Made by a program: the position numbers and the translations under genes. A stretch of DNA of 64,000 nucleotides, taken from the NCBI GenBank assembly GCA_046314355.1, contig JBKBWQ010000001.1:896001-960000 (forward strand), in the 5' to 3' direction. The first letter of the stretch is position 1; each line of letters opens with the position of its first letter. The DNA is from Candidatus Altimarinota bacterium. GTDB lineage: Bacteria; Patescibacteriota; Gracilibacteria; 1-14-2-50-48-13. The notes under the pieces are model-generated. The model had not been told where the DNA came from. It searched no databases and saw only the letters and a program-made list of their open reading frames with translations. Shown here piece by piece: positions 38,711 through 49,114 of this stretch.

Positions 38711-40312
38711 TTAATTCTTCTTCATTACCACCAATGTCACGTCATCTGCCTGTGGATATCCAGCCATAAATTTGTATACATCCTCGAGGATTCCATCATA
38801 GATTTCCTTTGCAGTTGCCTTATGAATATGCTTTTTCATAGACTCTTCAAGACGGTCAAAGCCGTACATCTGTCTTTCACTATTCCATGCCTCAGGGATT
38901 CCGTCTGTATACTGCACGATTACGTCACCATTATCGATCATGATACTTTCCTTTTTCAATATTTTATCTACGTGATCTACCATACCTAAAGCAATTCCTT
39001 CTTTTTTCAGCATTTGCACCACGTCCGCATTTTTCTTAAATACATAGGTAGGTTCGTGTCCGCATGGTGTATAGGTAAGCATATTTGTTTTCGCATCCCA
39101 GATGGCTATAAACATAGTGATGAACATGTCTGGTCTAGTCTTGGCACGAAGTACTTTATTAAGCGCGATAGACACCTCTCTCGGGTCATTCGAGTCCATC
39201 GTAAAAGACAGTGAATACACAAGGCTGTTCGCAATAGCCGTAATTAGTCCCGCTGACACTCCATGACCTGTTACGTCTCCTATATAAAACAGAAGCTTAT
39301 CGTCTGAGAGTTTAATAAAGTCATAACAGTCACCTCCTACTGCATCCGCCGGGATAACTCCCGCATGGATATCAAGATTACCCATATTCGGAATCACTTT
39401 TGGAAGGAATTCATCCTGGATTTTACTCGCAAGCTCTATCTCTTTCGCAAGTCGCTCTTTCTGGACTAGCTGATCAGTAGCAGCCTTCAGCTCCAAAGAC
39501 ATTTTATTAAAAGACTTAGCAAGTGTACCTACCTCATCCTTTGAGTTAATACTGATTACCTGTCCAAAACGTCCCTTTGAAATATTCAGTGCACTGGCTG
39601 TCAGTTTCTTGATCGGCTGTACAATTCTCGATGCGAAGAGAAATGCAATTAGGATACCAAGAAGGATATACGCTACCGTAAGAAATATCGTAGAAAGAGT
39701 CGTGTCTGCAATACGCTGATTGAGCGTATCATATGAAATCTCATAGAAAAGAGAGGTCGAGTCATTTTTTGGGAGCGGATACACGAGATTTTCTATCTGC
39801 TGACCTTCGTTATATCCTTCATTAAGTACTTTTCCATTTGCATCCTGGAATTTCAGTCTGCCATCATCGGCCTGCTCTATATAGACTACTTGTCCTGTAG
39901 TGGTCTGAATAGATGGGAGATTTGCCTGAATACGGTCAAAGAGAAGTTTGTTTTCTTTTACATCACGAGCTGCAGGTTCATTATATTTTTGGGTTTTTTC
40001 CTGCTGAAAATCATATGTGATTGTACCATCATAGCTTATAATCTTCACATTCTTAATATCTGAATTTAACTCTAGAAGACTTTTTATTTCTCCAGGTACC
40101 TTTAGAAAGGAATTCGCTTCATTTACCTGATATCTTTCAAGCAGCGCACTAGATTCAATACGTGCAAAACTCAATGCTCCACGGAATGTATCCTGATTCA
40201 ACTCCTGATATTTCTGCTTCAATACGATCATTGTATTCGTCGTAAGAACGAGAATGATAATAAGCGAGATAAGCAGTGTAAATTTTGTACGAAGTGATGT
40301 TATCTGAAACAT
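38711..40312 (-). CDS. Membrane sensor: extracytoplasmic domain, HAMP, SpoIIE/PP2C phosphatase
   Basis: Two TMs; DEVGTLAKSFNKM; VGGDCYD, GDVTGHG, YTDGI, DDVT. Confidence 0.9.
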   Translation of the reverse strand: MFQITSLRTKFTLLISLIIILVLTTNTMIVLKQKYQELNQDTFRGALSFARIESSALLERYQVNEANSFLKVPGEIKSLLELNSDIKNVKIISYDGTITYDFQQEKTQKYNEPAARDVKENKLLFDRIQANLPSIQTTTGQVVYIEQADDGRLKFQDANGKVLNEGYNEGQQIENLVYPLPKNDSTSLFYEISYDTLNQRIADTTLSTIFLTVAYILLGILIAFLFASRIVQPIKKLTASALNISKGRFGQVISINSKDEVGTLAKSFNKMSLELKAATDQLVQKERLAKEIELASKIQDEFLPKVIPNMGNLDIHAGVIPADAVGGDCYDFIKLSDDKLLFYIGDVTGHGVSAGLITAIANSLVYSLSFTMDSNDPREVSIALNKVLRAKTRPDMFITMFIAIWDAKTNMLTYTPCGHEPTYVFKKNADVVQMLKKEGIALGMVDHVDKILKKESIMIDNGDVIVQYTDGIPEAWNSERQMYGFDRLEESMKKHIHKATAKEIYDGILEDVYKFMAGYPQADDVTLVVMKKN

Positions 40313-40315
40313 GGT

Positions 40316-41872
40316 TTAGTAAACTTCATTAAACAATATAAGACCATCCAGGCGTGGTTCCCACTGAACAGTTTTTTTCTTTACGAATAAATGTTCCGTT
40401 TCGAAAAGAGGAACACCTATACTATCTCTCTGAAGAATTGTCTGAATATTCTGAAGGATACGAAGACGAATACCGTCATCGAGCTCCTGTTCTGCATCCT
40501 CGATCAGTTTATCTACTTCAAGATTTTTATAATTATTGGCATTGTACTGACCATACTGTCCTACTGTGGAGTGAATATGCGTCTTAAAGAACTCCAGTGA
40601 ATCACCAAAGTCGAAACGCCATCCAAGAATATAAGACTGCATTTCTTTTTTCTCCAGCTTTTTCATAAATTCATCCTCTTCAAGCTGAGTATGCTCTACA
40701 TTCACCCCAAGCGGCTCTAGCTGTACACGAAGGTACTCTGCGATAATCTTAAAGTCCTTCGTGGTAAAAAGTTTAATAGTAAAACGTCTATCCCCAAATT
40801 CTTCCTTTGCTTGTGCTAAAGAGAATATTTTCTTTGGAAGCTCTCTATTATAACCAAAGATACCGCTTGCTATGTATTGATTGACTGGATTTGCAAATCC
40901 TTCACCAAAGGATACGATATCATCCTGGTTAAGCGCAAGAGATACTGCTTTTCGTACTACAGGTTCAGAGAGTGGATTAAAAGCACCAGCTACTTTTGCA
41001 TCTAGATGAAACATAAGATACACAAGCTCCAAACTTGGAAGAGACAAAAGATCCAGTGTAGGAGACGTCTTAAGCTCAGCTATATTCTCTGTAGATGCAG
41101 GTACTGCAGCTAGAATATCAATATTCCCTTTAACCACTTCAGTAAAACGGTCAAATTTATCAGGAAGCGCACGCAGGGCAATTTGCTGATGTACAGGAAG
41201 TTCTCCCCAGTATTCATCAAACCTTTCAAGATTTGCAGCACCCTCTGAGGTCTGTCCCATCTGATAAGGTCCTGTTCCTGCATAATAGCCCGTTTCAGGA
41301 TTTTTCTTTTCAGAGGTCACTGAAAGAAAACTTAGTTTCGTAAGCAACAACGGATCAGGAAGCTTCGTTTTTATTCTTAGCGTATAGTCATCTACAATAT
41401 CCACAGAAACAATATTCTCGATGATACCAATAAGTTCAGGATCTCCCTTCTCTTTTGCACGCTGGAATGAACTCGTAATATTTTTTGTAGTCAGTTCCTC
41501 GCCATTATGAAACTTTACCTGCTTTCTCAGCTTAAACTCCCACGTATTTTCATTAATATTTCCCCATGAAAGTGCGAGAGCTGATTTTGGTCTATAGAGA
41601 CGATCAATCTGCGTCAGACCATCAAAGATATTTGCTGTAATCTGTCTTCTTTGTACATTTAGTGTATATGGGTCGATATCCTTTGGGATAACATCATACA
41701 CTACGAGCAATTTCTCCCGCCCAATGCTTGAGGAAAAAGGAAGATTGAAAATATCCAAAGAGACATTGAGAGAAATATTGAGGTACTTCATAATTGCAAT
41801 TGCACTAAAAGCAAGCATTATGGTAACTACACTTATGATAGCCAGTTTTTTTCTGATCTGTCTTACTTGCAT
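40316..41872 (-). CDS. ABC substrate-binding protein family 5 (Opp/Dpp-like)
   Basis: IFDGLT ... WEFKLR ... VKFHNG; GTGPY; VRKAVSLA. Confidence 0.88.
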   Translation of the reverse strand: MQVRQIRKKLAIISVVTIMLAFSAIAIMKYLNISLNVSLDIFNLPFSSSIGREKLLVVYDVIPKDIDPYTLNVQRRQITANIFDGLTQIDRLYRPKSALALSWGNINENTWEFKLRKQVKFHNGEELTTKNITSSFQRAKEKGDPELIGIIENIVSVDIVDDYTLRIKTKLPDPLLLTKLSFLSVTSEKKNPETGYYAGTGPYQMGQTSEGAANLERFDEYWGELPVHQQIALRALPDKFDRFTEVVKGNIDILAAVPASTENIAELKTSPTLDLLSLPSLELVYLMFHLDAKVAGAFNPLSEPVVRKAVSLALNQDDIVSFGEGFANPVNQYIASGIFGYNRELPKKIFSLAQAKEEFGDRRFTIKLFTTKDFKIIAEYLRVQLEPLGVNVEHTQLEEDEFMKKLEKKEMQSYILGWRFDFGDSLEFFKTHIHSTVGQYGQYNANNYKNLEVDKLIEDAEQELDDGIRLRILQNIQTILQRDSIGVPLFETEHLFVKKKTVQWEPRLDGLILFNEVY

Positions 41873-41906
41873 GGCACGAATAGAAATAAATTAAAGGTAG
41901 GAAGAT

Positions 41907-42863
41907 TTATGACTTCCTTTTTCTTCTGAAAATCTGGCGTACAACTATTGCTGCTACTCCCATACTTATGACAATCAGGATATAGTACTTGGCATCTCCT
42001 GTTGCGATCAATTCTTCCATTCTACTCATCTTGCCTGCTACGTCAGAGGATGGATAAAGACTTCCAGTATCTGGATAGAATACTATTTCTTTTACAACTT
42101 TGTTCGGCACTTTATTATTATCGCAGGCTTCAATTCTTACCTTTGTCTCTGCACCTATAGGATCTACAGGCTTATATGTGACTGTGTACTCCTTATCTGT
42201 ACCCGTAATAACCGGCACTACTTCCTTTCCATTTACAAACATTTTCAAACAATCTCTATTCAATCCTTTAATGGTTGGATCCCCTGTCTTCACAGTAAAC
42301 TGGATAGTCGGAAAAAGATTTTTTACCTTTGAATTTGGGATAGGAAAAATATCTGTTACTTCAGGAGGAGAAGTACATTCAGAACTAATAGATCCATCTG
42401 GATTTACAAATAATACTGAGTCGCCGCTTATATTCTGCGCCTGTGCATCATCGGAAGAGAGCATCGGCATGTTCGCAGAGATTGTCGGCATATTTACATA
42501 AAAGTATCCTCCGCTTCCATTCTGTCCGCCTGTCTGAGTCAAAACACTTTTCAAGTATCCGTCCATTTCTACTTCCAGACGGTATACTGCTGGATATACA
42601 GAAAAACTATAGCCGCCATCTGCACCAGTAGTCTGAGGATTTGATCCGTTCTGTACTTCTGCAAGCTGCTGATCAAGCGTATAAAGACTTACCTTTGCCC
42701 CAGCAAGAGGTGCACTCGTCCCCTGATCCATGACGGCACCTGTAATAATACGGACCGGAATAGTCTGGTCTGATGGAGTCTGTGCATCTGCGGGATTCAC
42801 TATAAAAAGCGACATTCCTAAGATAATTGCCGTAGCTGTAAAAAATCGTTCGATGAGTGACAT
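41907..42863 (-). CDS. Secreted protein: carboxypeptidase-regulatory-like and Ig-like domains, C-terminal anchor
   Basis: GAVMDQGTSAPLAGAKVSL ... TGADGGYSF; LIATGD-TM-RRKRKS tail. Confidence 0.75.
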   Translation of the reverse strand: MSLIERFFTATAIILGMSLFIVNPADAQTPSDQTIPVRIITGAVMDQGTSAPLAGAKVSLYTLDQQLAEVQNGSNPQTTGADGGYSFSVYPAVYRLEVEMDGYLKSVLTQTGGQNGSGGYFYVNMPTISANMPMLSSDDAQAQNISGDSVLFVNPDGSISSECTSPPEVTDIFPIPNSKVKNLFPTIQFTVKTGDPTIKGLNRDCLKMFVNGKEVVPVITGTDKEYTVTYKPVDPIGAETKVRIEACDNNKVPNKVVKEIVFYPDTGSLYPSSDVAGKMSRMEELIATGDAKYYILIVISMGVAAIVVRQIFRRKRKS

Positions 42864-42945
42864 AGTTTTTGTGTAATTGTGTTTTTGTATTTCATATAGT
42901 ATTATACCGCATACTTACCGTTTCTTACAACTATCCGGCAAAGAG

Positions 42946-43644
42946 ATGCTCTTCCCAAAACCTCTAATTGAGGGTGTACTACAAAAACGTTATAAACGCT
43001 TTTTGGGTGATCTTCTCTTAAATAATGAGACAGTTGTAGGAGTACATTGTACCAATACTGGTAGTATGAAAGGAATACTCGCAACTCCTCAAAGAGCCTG
43101 GGTACTTAAAAGTGACAATCTCAAACGTAAACTTCCCTATACTCTCGAGATACTAGAAATCCCTCAAGGAAACATAGGAGTCAATACTCACCGGACAAAT
43201 TATTTAGCTCTTGAAGCATTACAAAATAAACTTATTCCAGAACTAGCGGACATAAACATTTTTCAAACGGAGAAAAAATACGGAACAAATTCAAGAATAG
43301 ACATTCTGGGAATTACCGAAGACAATCAGGAAGTATACATTGAAGTAAAGAATGTGAGTCTCGCAGAAGGAAGAAAAGCACTTTTCCCAGATAGTGTTAC
43401 AGAACGCGGCACAAAACATCTCGAAGAACTCATAAAGATTATTCATGCTGGGAAACGGGCAGTGATGCTTTTTATTGCACAGAGAGAAGATGTCGAGAAC
43501 TTTTCACCTGAATCAGAGATAGATCCTCTTTATGCTGCTACTTTAAAGAAAGCCTTTGATGCAGGCGTAGAAGTCTACGCATATAATTGTAAAGTGACCC
43601 CTTTGGAGATTGTAGTCAGTAAGAGACTCCAAGTGATACTCTAA
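42946..43644 (+). CDS. sfsA: DNA/RNA nuclease SfsA
   Basis: RYKRFL, HCTNTGSM, SRID, EVKNV, FPDSVTERGTKHL. Confidence 0.93.
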   Translation: MLFPKPLIEGVLQKRYKRFLGDLLLNNETVVGVHCTNTGSMKGILATPQRAWVLKSDNLKRKLPYTLEILEIPQGNIGVNTHRTNYLALEALQNKLIPELADINIFQTEKKYGTNSRIDILGITEDNQEVYIEVKNVSLAEGRKALFPDSVTERGTKHLEELIKIIHAGKRAVMLFIAQREDVENFSPESEIDPLYAATLKKAFDAGVEVYAYNCKVTPLEIVVSKRLQVIL

Positions 43645-43651
43645 GCTATTC

Positions 43652-44182
43652 CTACCCAAGAAATATTCTCATAGTGGACTGCACAACTTGTAATAGAGTA
43701 AATAGCTTCTGATAGAGTTTGTGATACATAGTAGTCTGTACCGGATTTTCAGCTAAATACTCCTCAGCCTTCCTAGTTATATAATTACTTAGCTCAGCGC
43801 ACTCTTTTTCGCTAGCCTGCTTCGCATAACGAGAGAGCTCCCTTGCCTTCCAGTCGTAATATCCTTCTTCATTCATAAACTCACTATCTCCATCTGGGTA
43901 CAATGTCACTGTAGATGCCTCAATCATGTCAGCTATGTCCTGATATGTTCTATCATGGTCTTTGTGCTTAAACGTACTGTTTATGACTGCTAGAGCAATT
44001 CTTATCTCATTCTTAGTTTCATTGCAGGTCATGAATATCTCTGCATGACCATTATCTCCTCCCATAACGTATTCCTCAAAGTATGCGTGCCCAACGGCAG
44101 ACGTAAGATACCCCTGATGCATATCATAAATATCATCTGAGCTTAGCGCTCTATGTGACTGAATGTTTCCTCTTGGATCCAT
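43652..44182 (-). CDS. Hypothetical protein
   Basis: 176-aa ORF, no recognised motif. Confidence 0.6.
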   Translation of the reverse strand: MDPRGNIQSHRALSSDDIYDMHQGYLTSAVGHAYFEEYVMGGDNGHAEIFMTCNETKNEIRIALAVINSTFKHKDHDRTYQDIADMIEASTVTLYPDGDSEFMNEEGYYDWKARELSRYAKQASEKECAELSNYITRKAEEYLAENPVQTTMYHKLYQKLFTLLQVVQSTMRIFLG

Positions 44183-44326
44183 AATAAAACTTAAAATTTT
44201 AGTATGTATATAACTTCCAAGCAGCTACGTCAATATCTCTTTATTTTTCATTTATGAAATTTACTGACAACTCTTGCAAAATTTATAATAAATTATATTA
44301 TACGCAAAACAATTTATTATAAAAAA

Positions 44327-46048
44327 ATGATTTTTAATAAAGTCTATCGTGGAAAATTCTTTAGAATTCTCATCCTACTTGTAAGTTTATTTTGTGTACA
44401 AGTCATTTCAGAATCCTATCCTAAAGTGCATGCGCAATCTATAGTTACTTCTGATCAAATACAGTCATTTTACGCAAATGGTATTCTTAGCTATGAAAAT
44501 GTAGCATTCAAATTTATTCCTGAGGATGCAAGAAAAATACAACGACCCGATATTCTTATACAGAGAGTTCAAAGATTCTACAGTGCTTATAAGGATATGA
44601 TGGGAGACACTCCCTTTAACGGACAGCAGATTTCTTTTGTGGAGAGATGTGACGCAAAGGAAGGAAAAAATGATAATAGCATTACCAATGAATGCCCTTA
44701 CGGCTACGCTATAGGATATTGGGGATATTTTGTAGGTACACCTGACATTACTATTACAAAAGGCGGTATACAGAATGTCATCGAAGATGCCAATAATGAT
44801 GCTGTGACATTTGGAATCGCACATGAACTCTCGCACGCTTTTGACTTCTGGGATAACGCACAATACGTCTACAATTCTACATCCGCGGAAGCATTAGCAA
44901 ATATCAAGCTTGTACACGCCATAGATCAGACTGGTATAAAGATCCGCCTCGGAAGTACGACATATGCTTCTACCGGAGAGTTTCTGAATAATTTCTATAT
45001 GCCTTTTTTTGATAAATATACAAATAACCGCTATTCCTATTCAGATCTAGATGATGATAATCCAGTTGTGGGAAATAAGGCGGATATGTATCTGGCTCTT
45101 TTAGAAAAAGGTATTCAAAAAACCTCTTCCACATGTTTTTTTGATACTTTAAAAAGATATCCTGAAAACAGCAATCTCGAAGAGTATAGCTCCACAAATA
45201 AACTCGCAAAATTAAATCAATTCCTCTCTCTTTGGTCTGAGCAATGCCAAAGCAGTGCGATCATAGATGTTTTTGTAAACGCCAATTTTCTCATTGATGA
45301 TACACTCAAAGATCAAGTGGCAAGATTTAGACAGCCTACTGTGATAGTCTCAAATCCTGCTCCTATAGTACCTATACCAGTAGTAATTCCTGAAAAAATC
45401 CCTGAAGTACCTCCAGTAATTACTACTCCTGAAGCAGTACCAACAATACAGGATATTCCCGCTTTAATTGTTATACCTTTTACGGATATTAGAAATCATT
45501 TTGCCGAAAACGCCATTCTGAGCCTTACCTATAGAGGAATTGTCTCAGGAAAATCTGCATCTACATTTGCGCCGGATGCTCCGCTTACTCGAGCAGAAGC
45601 CTCAAAAATTATAGCAAAAGCATTTATTACATCTGAGTCTGCAGACTCTTTTGTCACTGCACTTCGTGCACAGTATCCAAATTATACGTATGTATTTTTT
45701 AAAGATGTTGATATTAGGTCATGGTTTTCCGGCTATGTAGGCATTATGCAGACTCATGGCATCATTCAGAAAAGCACAGGAGACACATTTAGACCCAATC
45801 AGGCAATAACTAGAGCCGAGTTCCTTAAGATGATTCTACGGGCACGCGGAGATAATATTGAGAACCTAAGTACCCAATACCTATCAGAGTCCAATAGAAA
45901 GTTCTCAGATGTATCTGAAAATGCATGGTACTACCCTATCGTCTATGCCGGAGCAAGACTGCATATTATAGATACTCAAAACTCTTTTGCGCCTAATAGA
46001 GCAATCACGAGAGGAGAGGCGGCCATCATGCTTCAAAGAAGTTTATAA
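44327..46048 (+). CDS. SLH-anchored zinc metallopeptidase (gluzincin/M60-like)
   Basis: AHELSH ... EALAN; Pro-rich linker; three SLH repeats. Confidence 0.78.
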   Translation: MIFNKVYRGKFFRILILLVSLFCVQVISESYPKVHAQSIVTSDQIQSFYANGILSYENVAFKFIPEDARKIQRPDILIQRVQRFYSAYKDMMGDTPFNGQQISFVERCDAKEGKNDNSITNECPYGYAIGYWGYFVGTPDITITKGGIQNVIEDANNDAVTFGIAHELSHAFDFWDNAQYVYNSTSAEALANIKLVHAIDQTGIKIRLGSTTYASTGEFLNNFYMPFFDKYTNNRYSYSDLDDDNPVVGNKADMYLALLEKGIQKTSSTCFFDTLKRYPENSNLEEYSSTNKLAKLNQFLSLWSEQCQSSAIIDVFVNANFLIDDTLKDQVARFRQPTVIVSNPAPIVPIPVVIPEKIPEVPPVITTPEAVPTIQDIPALIVIPFTDIRNHFAENAILSLTYRGIVSGKSASTFAPDAPLTRAEASKIIAKAFITSESADSFVTALRAQYPNYTYVFFKDVDIRSWFSGYVGIMQTHGIIQKSTGDTFRPNQAITRAEFLKMILRARGDNIENLSTQYLSESNRKFSDVSENAWYYPIVYAGARLHIIDTQNSFAPNRAITRGEAAIMLQRSL

Positions 46049-46063
46049 ATTTCTTTTACCTAA

Positions 46064-46112
46064 AAGAACAGTATTAAAAATATACTGAGGATATATTTTT
46101 AATACTGTTCTT
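46064..46112. repeat. Perfect 21-bp inverted repeat abutting the NUDIX start codon
   Basis: AAGAACAGTATTAAAAATATA-ctgagga-TATATTTTTAATACTGTTCTT then ATG. Confidence 0.85.
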
Positions 46113-46553
46113 ATGCGTGCCCCCCATCTCTTTGGAGCTGTCTATATTATTCTTTTACAAGATAAGAAAGTCCTCCTTGCCCGAAGATTCAATACAGGTT
46201 TTGAAGATGGAAAGTATTCATTGCCTTCAGGTCATATAGAACCAGGGGAGTCTTATAAAGATGCCGTCATCCATGAGGCTAAAGAAGAGTTAGGTATTGA
46301 GATTCTGCCGGAAGACTTAGAAATCACCCACTTGTACCACAACAATAATAAAGATGATAAGAGAGAATACATGGCTCTTTACTTTAAAATAAAAAAATGG
46401 AAGGGCGAACCGCGCAATGCTGAACCGGAAAAATGTGACGATATATGCTGGTTTCCACTAGATGCCATTCCTGAGAATACGATATCTACTGTAAAAGATG
46501 TATTAAAAAACGTCTCCTCTAAATTTTGCATTGGAGAGATTGGATATAAATAA
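46113..46553 (+). CDS. NUDIX hydrolase
   Basis: PSGHIEPGE ... HEAKEELG; NAEPEKC. Confidence 0.9.
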   Translation: MRAPHLFGAVYIILLQDKKVLLARRFNTGFEDGKYSLPSGHIEPGESYKDAVIHEAKEELGIEILPEDLEITHLYHNNNKDDKREYMALYFKIKKWKGEPRNAEPEKCDDICWFPLDAIPENTISTVKDVLKNVSSKFCIGEIGYK

Positions 46554-46560
46554 AAACTTC

Positions 46561-46597
46561 TTGAAGGATAAAGGTATGTACATTATAATGTACATAC
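46561..46597 (+). promoter_or_regulatory. TA promoter TTGAAG-17-TATAAT with perfect 24-bp palindromic operator
   Basis: GTATGTACATTATAATGTACATAC at 46574-46597 covers the -10. Confidence 0.8.
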
Positions 46598-46612
46598 ATT
46601 TACACCAAATTT

Positions 46613-46978
46613 ATGAAAACTATAGCTGTATCAATCACAGAAGGCAGAAAAAGAATATTTGAACTTGCTGATGAAGTACAAACTCCAGGAAACTTTGTCA
46701 TACTTACTCAAAATGGTGCTCCTAAGGCAGTGCTATTAGGTATAGATGAATTTGAATCATTAGTTGAGACCATTGAAGTTCTGCAACAAGATCCAAACAT
46801 TATTTCACGTATTGAAAAAATCGATGAAGATATGACACAAAATAAATATGATACTTATATCCCTTTTGAAGAGATGCTCTCAGGTGCCCTACTAGTTTCT
46901 GAACCTAAAAAAACTTATGAAGTTTCAAATACTCTTCGAAGCAAAAAGCCAAAAATATCTAAAAAGCCTTCGAAGTAA
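46613..46978 (+). CDS. Phd/YefM family antitoxin
   Basis: SITEGRKRIFEL ... LTQNGAPKAVLL ... FESLVETIEVL. Confidence 0.88.
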   Translation: MKTIAVSITEGRKRIFELADEVQTPGNFVILTQNGAPKAVLLGIDEFESLVETIEVLQQDPNIISRIEKIDEDMTQNKYDTYIPFEEMLSGALLVSEPKKTYEVSNTLRSKKPKISKKPSK

Positions 46979-47171
46979 GGATCAGCAAAGAATTTTACAG
47001 GCCATTGGAGACCTTCTCAATTCCCCTTTTAGCGGTAAGGCTCTTCAGGGAACATTAAAAGGCACATATTCATTAAGAATATGGCCATATCGTGTGCTCT
47101 ATAAAATATATAAAGCAAAACTTATCATTATTATCATTGATATTGGTCATAGGCAGAGCATCTACAAGTGA
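46917..47171 (+). CDS. RelE/ParE family toxin
   Basis: GKALQG ... YSLRIWPYRVLY ... IGHRQSIYK. Confidence 0.88.
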   Translation: MKFQILFEAKSQKYLKSLRSKDQQRILQAIGDLLNSPFSGKALQGTLKGTYSLRIWPYRVLYKIYKAKLIIIIIDIGHRQSIYK

Positions 47172-47187
47172 ACCTACTCTCAAAACA

Positions 47188-49026
47188 TTACTCCTTCTTC
47201 AAAATACTCAAGAACGCCTCCTGCGGGATACTCACCTTCCCCATCAACTTCATTCGCTTCTTACCTTCCTTCTGTTTCTTCAAAAGCTTCATCTTTCGTG
47301 AAATATCTCCACCATACAGTTTTGCAGTTACGTCTTTTCTCATGGCTGAGATATCTTCTCGTGCGAGAATCTTTGCGCCAACCGCAGCCTGAATCGCAAT
47401 AGTAAACTGAGCTTTTGGGATGATATCCTTGAGCTTCTTACACACTACCCGTCCCTGACTCTCCGCATTCATTTTATGTACGATAGTCGCGAGTGGATCA
47501 ATGATATCTCCAGCTACCATCACATCAAGCTTCACGAGATCTCCTTCTCTATAATCTATAAACTCGTAGTTCATAGAAGCATAGCCAGCAGTGAGACTCT
47601 TTAGCTTATCATAAAACTCTATCACGATTTCCATCAAAGGAATTTCGTATAATAGAAGCACGCGGTCAGCATTTAAGTACGTCATATTTTTCTGTATACC
47701 TCTATTCTTCTGACACAGATCCATGATTGGACCTACGTATTCCTTAGGAGTCACGAGTTCCATTTTTACATATGGCTCAAGGATCGTATCTATAAACTCC
47801 CGAGGTGGAAGTTCTGACGGACTTGCTACAAGCATCACTCCATTCTCATCAATCTTTGTTTCATCAAGTCCTTTTCTAGAAGAAAGCTTCACTTTAAAGG
47901 AAACACTTGGTGAAGATACGATAATATCTGCATTATATTCTCTCTCTAGTCTCTCCTGTACGATATCCATATGCAAAAGACCAAGGAATCCGCATCTGAA
48001 CCCCTGCCCCAGAGCACTAGAACTTTCCGCTTCGTATACTAATGATGAATCATTAAGCGTTAATTTTTCTAATGAATCACGAAGCTCAGGATAATCCTCT
48101 GCATCTATTGGAAATATCGAAGCAAACACTACCGGTTTTACCTTTGCATATCCCTGTAGCGCTTCAGGCTGCGCAGAGTCAGGCTGCTGACCTCTCATGT
48201 TTTTCCAAAGAGTATCTCCCACTCTCGCTTCAGAGGTAGTCTTGAGACCAGTGATCACATATCCGATCTCTCCAGCTAGCAACTCTTTATCAGCTATATA
48301 CTTAGGTGAAAAATGCCCCACTTCGAGCACATCCATGTCTTTTTTTGCATTCAAAAGATAGAGTTTATCTCCTCTTTTGATAGATCCTTCCATGACTTTT
48401 ACATAAGTTACTACTCCGCGATAAGAATCAAATACTGAGTCAAATATCAATGCTCTCGTCTGATCTGCCACTTCCATAGCCTTCGGTGCATGCATTTTTT
48501 CAATAATAGCATCCAGGACCTTTTCTACATTTGTTCCATCTTTCGCAGACACCGCGATGATCTCATCACGTCCGATACCGATCACATTTTCTATCTCTTC
48601 AGCTACCTTCTCAGGATCAGCCGCAGGAAGATCTATTTTATTCAACACAGGAATAATCGTAAGATCATGCTCTAGGGCAAAATAGAGATTCGTAAGGGTC
48701 TGAGCCTCGATTCCCTGAGATGCATCGACTACGAGAATAGCTCCCTCTACCGCAGCAAGAGAACGAGATACTTCATAAGAAAAGTCCACATGTCCCGGAG
48801 TATCGATGAGATTGAGCTGATATCCCTTCCATTCCATTCGTACAGGCTGAAGTTTGATAGTGATACCTCTCTCCTGCTCCAGCTCCATAGTATCGAGCAT
48901 CTGCTGATTCTTCATCTCACGCTTCTGGAGCGTACCGGTAATCTCAATAAAACGATCAGCCAGCGTAGATTTGCCGTGATCAATATGCGCAATAATACAA
49001 AAATTTCTTATTTTTTCTCTATCCAT
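47188..49026 (-). CDS. lepA: Elongation factor 4
   Basis: IRNFCIIAHIDHGKSTLADR ... GFRCGFLGLLH ... KQKEGKKRMK. Confidence 0.98.
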   Translation of the reverse strand: MDREKIRNFCIIAHIDHGKSTLADRFIEITGTLQKREMKNQQMLDTMELEQERGITIKLQPVRMEWKGYQLNLIDTPGHVDFSYEVSRSLAAVEGAILVVDASQGIEAQTLTNLYFALEHDLTIIPVLNKIDLPAADPEKVAEEIENVIGIGRDEIIAVSAKDGTNVEKVLDAIIEKMHAPKAMEVADQTRALIFDSVFDSYRGVVTYVKVMEGSIKRGDKLYLLNAKKDMDVLEVGHFSPKYIADKELLAGEIGYVITGLKTTSEARVGDTLWKNMRGQQPDSAQPEALQGYAKVKPVVFASIFPIDAEDYPELRDSLEKLTLNDSSLVYEAESSSALGQGFRCGFLGLLHMDIVQERLEREYNADIIVSSPSVSFKVKLSSRKGLDETKIDENGVMLVASPSELPPREFIDTILEPYVKMELVTPKEYVGPIMDLCQKNRGIQKNMTYLNADRVLLLYEIPLMEIVIEFYDKLKSLTAGYASMNYEFIDYREGDLVKLDVMVAGDIIDPLATIVHKMNAESQGRVVCKKLKDIIPKAQFTIAIQAAVGAKILAREDISAMRKDVTAKLYGGDISRKMKLLKKQKEGKKRMKLMGKVSIPQEAFLSILKKE

Positions 49027-49114
49027 TGAAAAGATGTGTTTTTACAAGTGCAAAAGTATCAGAAAGGTACACTGGAAAAGGGGAAAATGCAAGGGCTCGA
49101 GGAATAAGATCATT

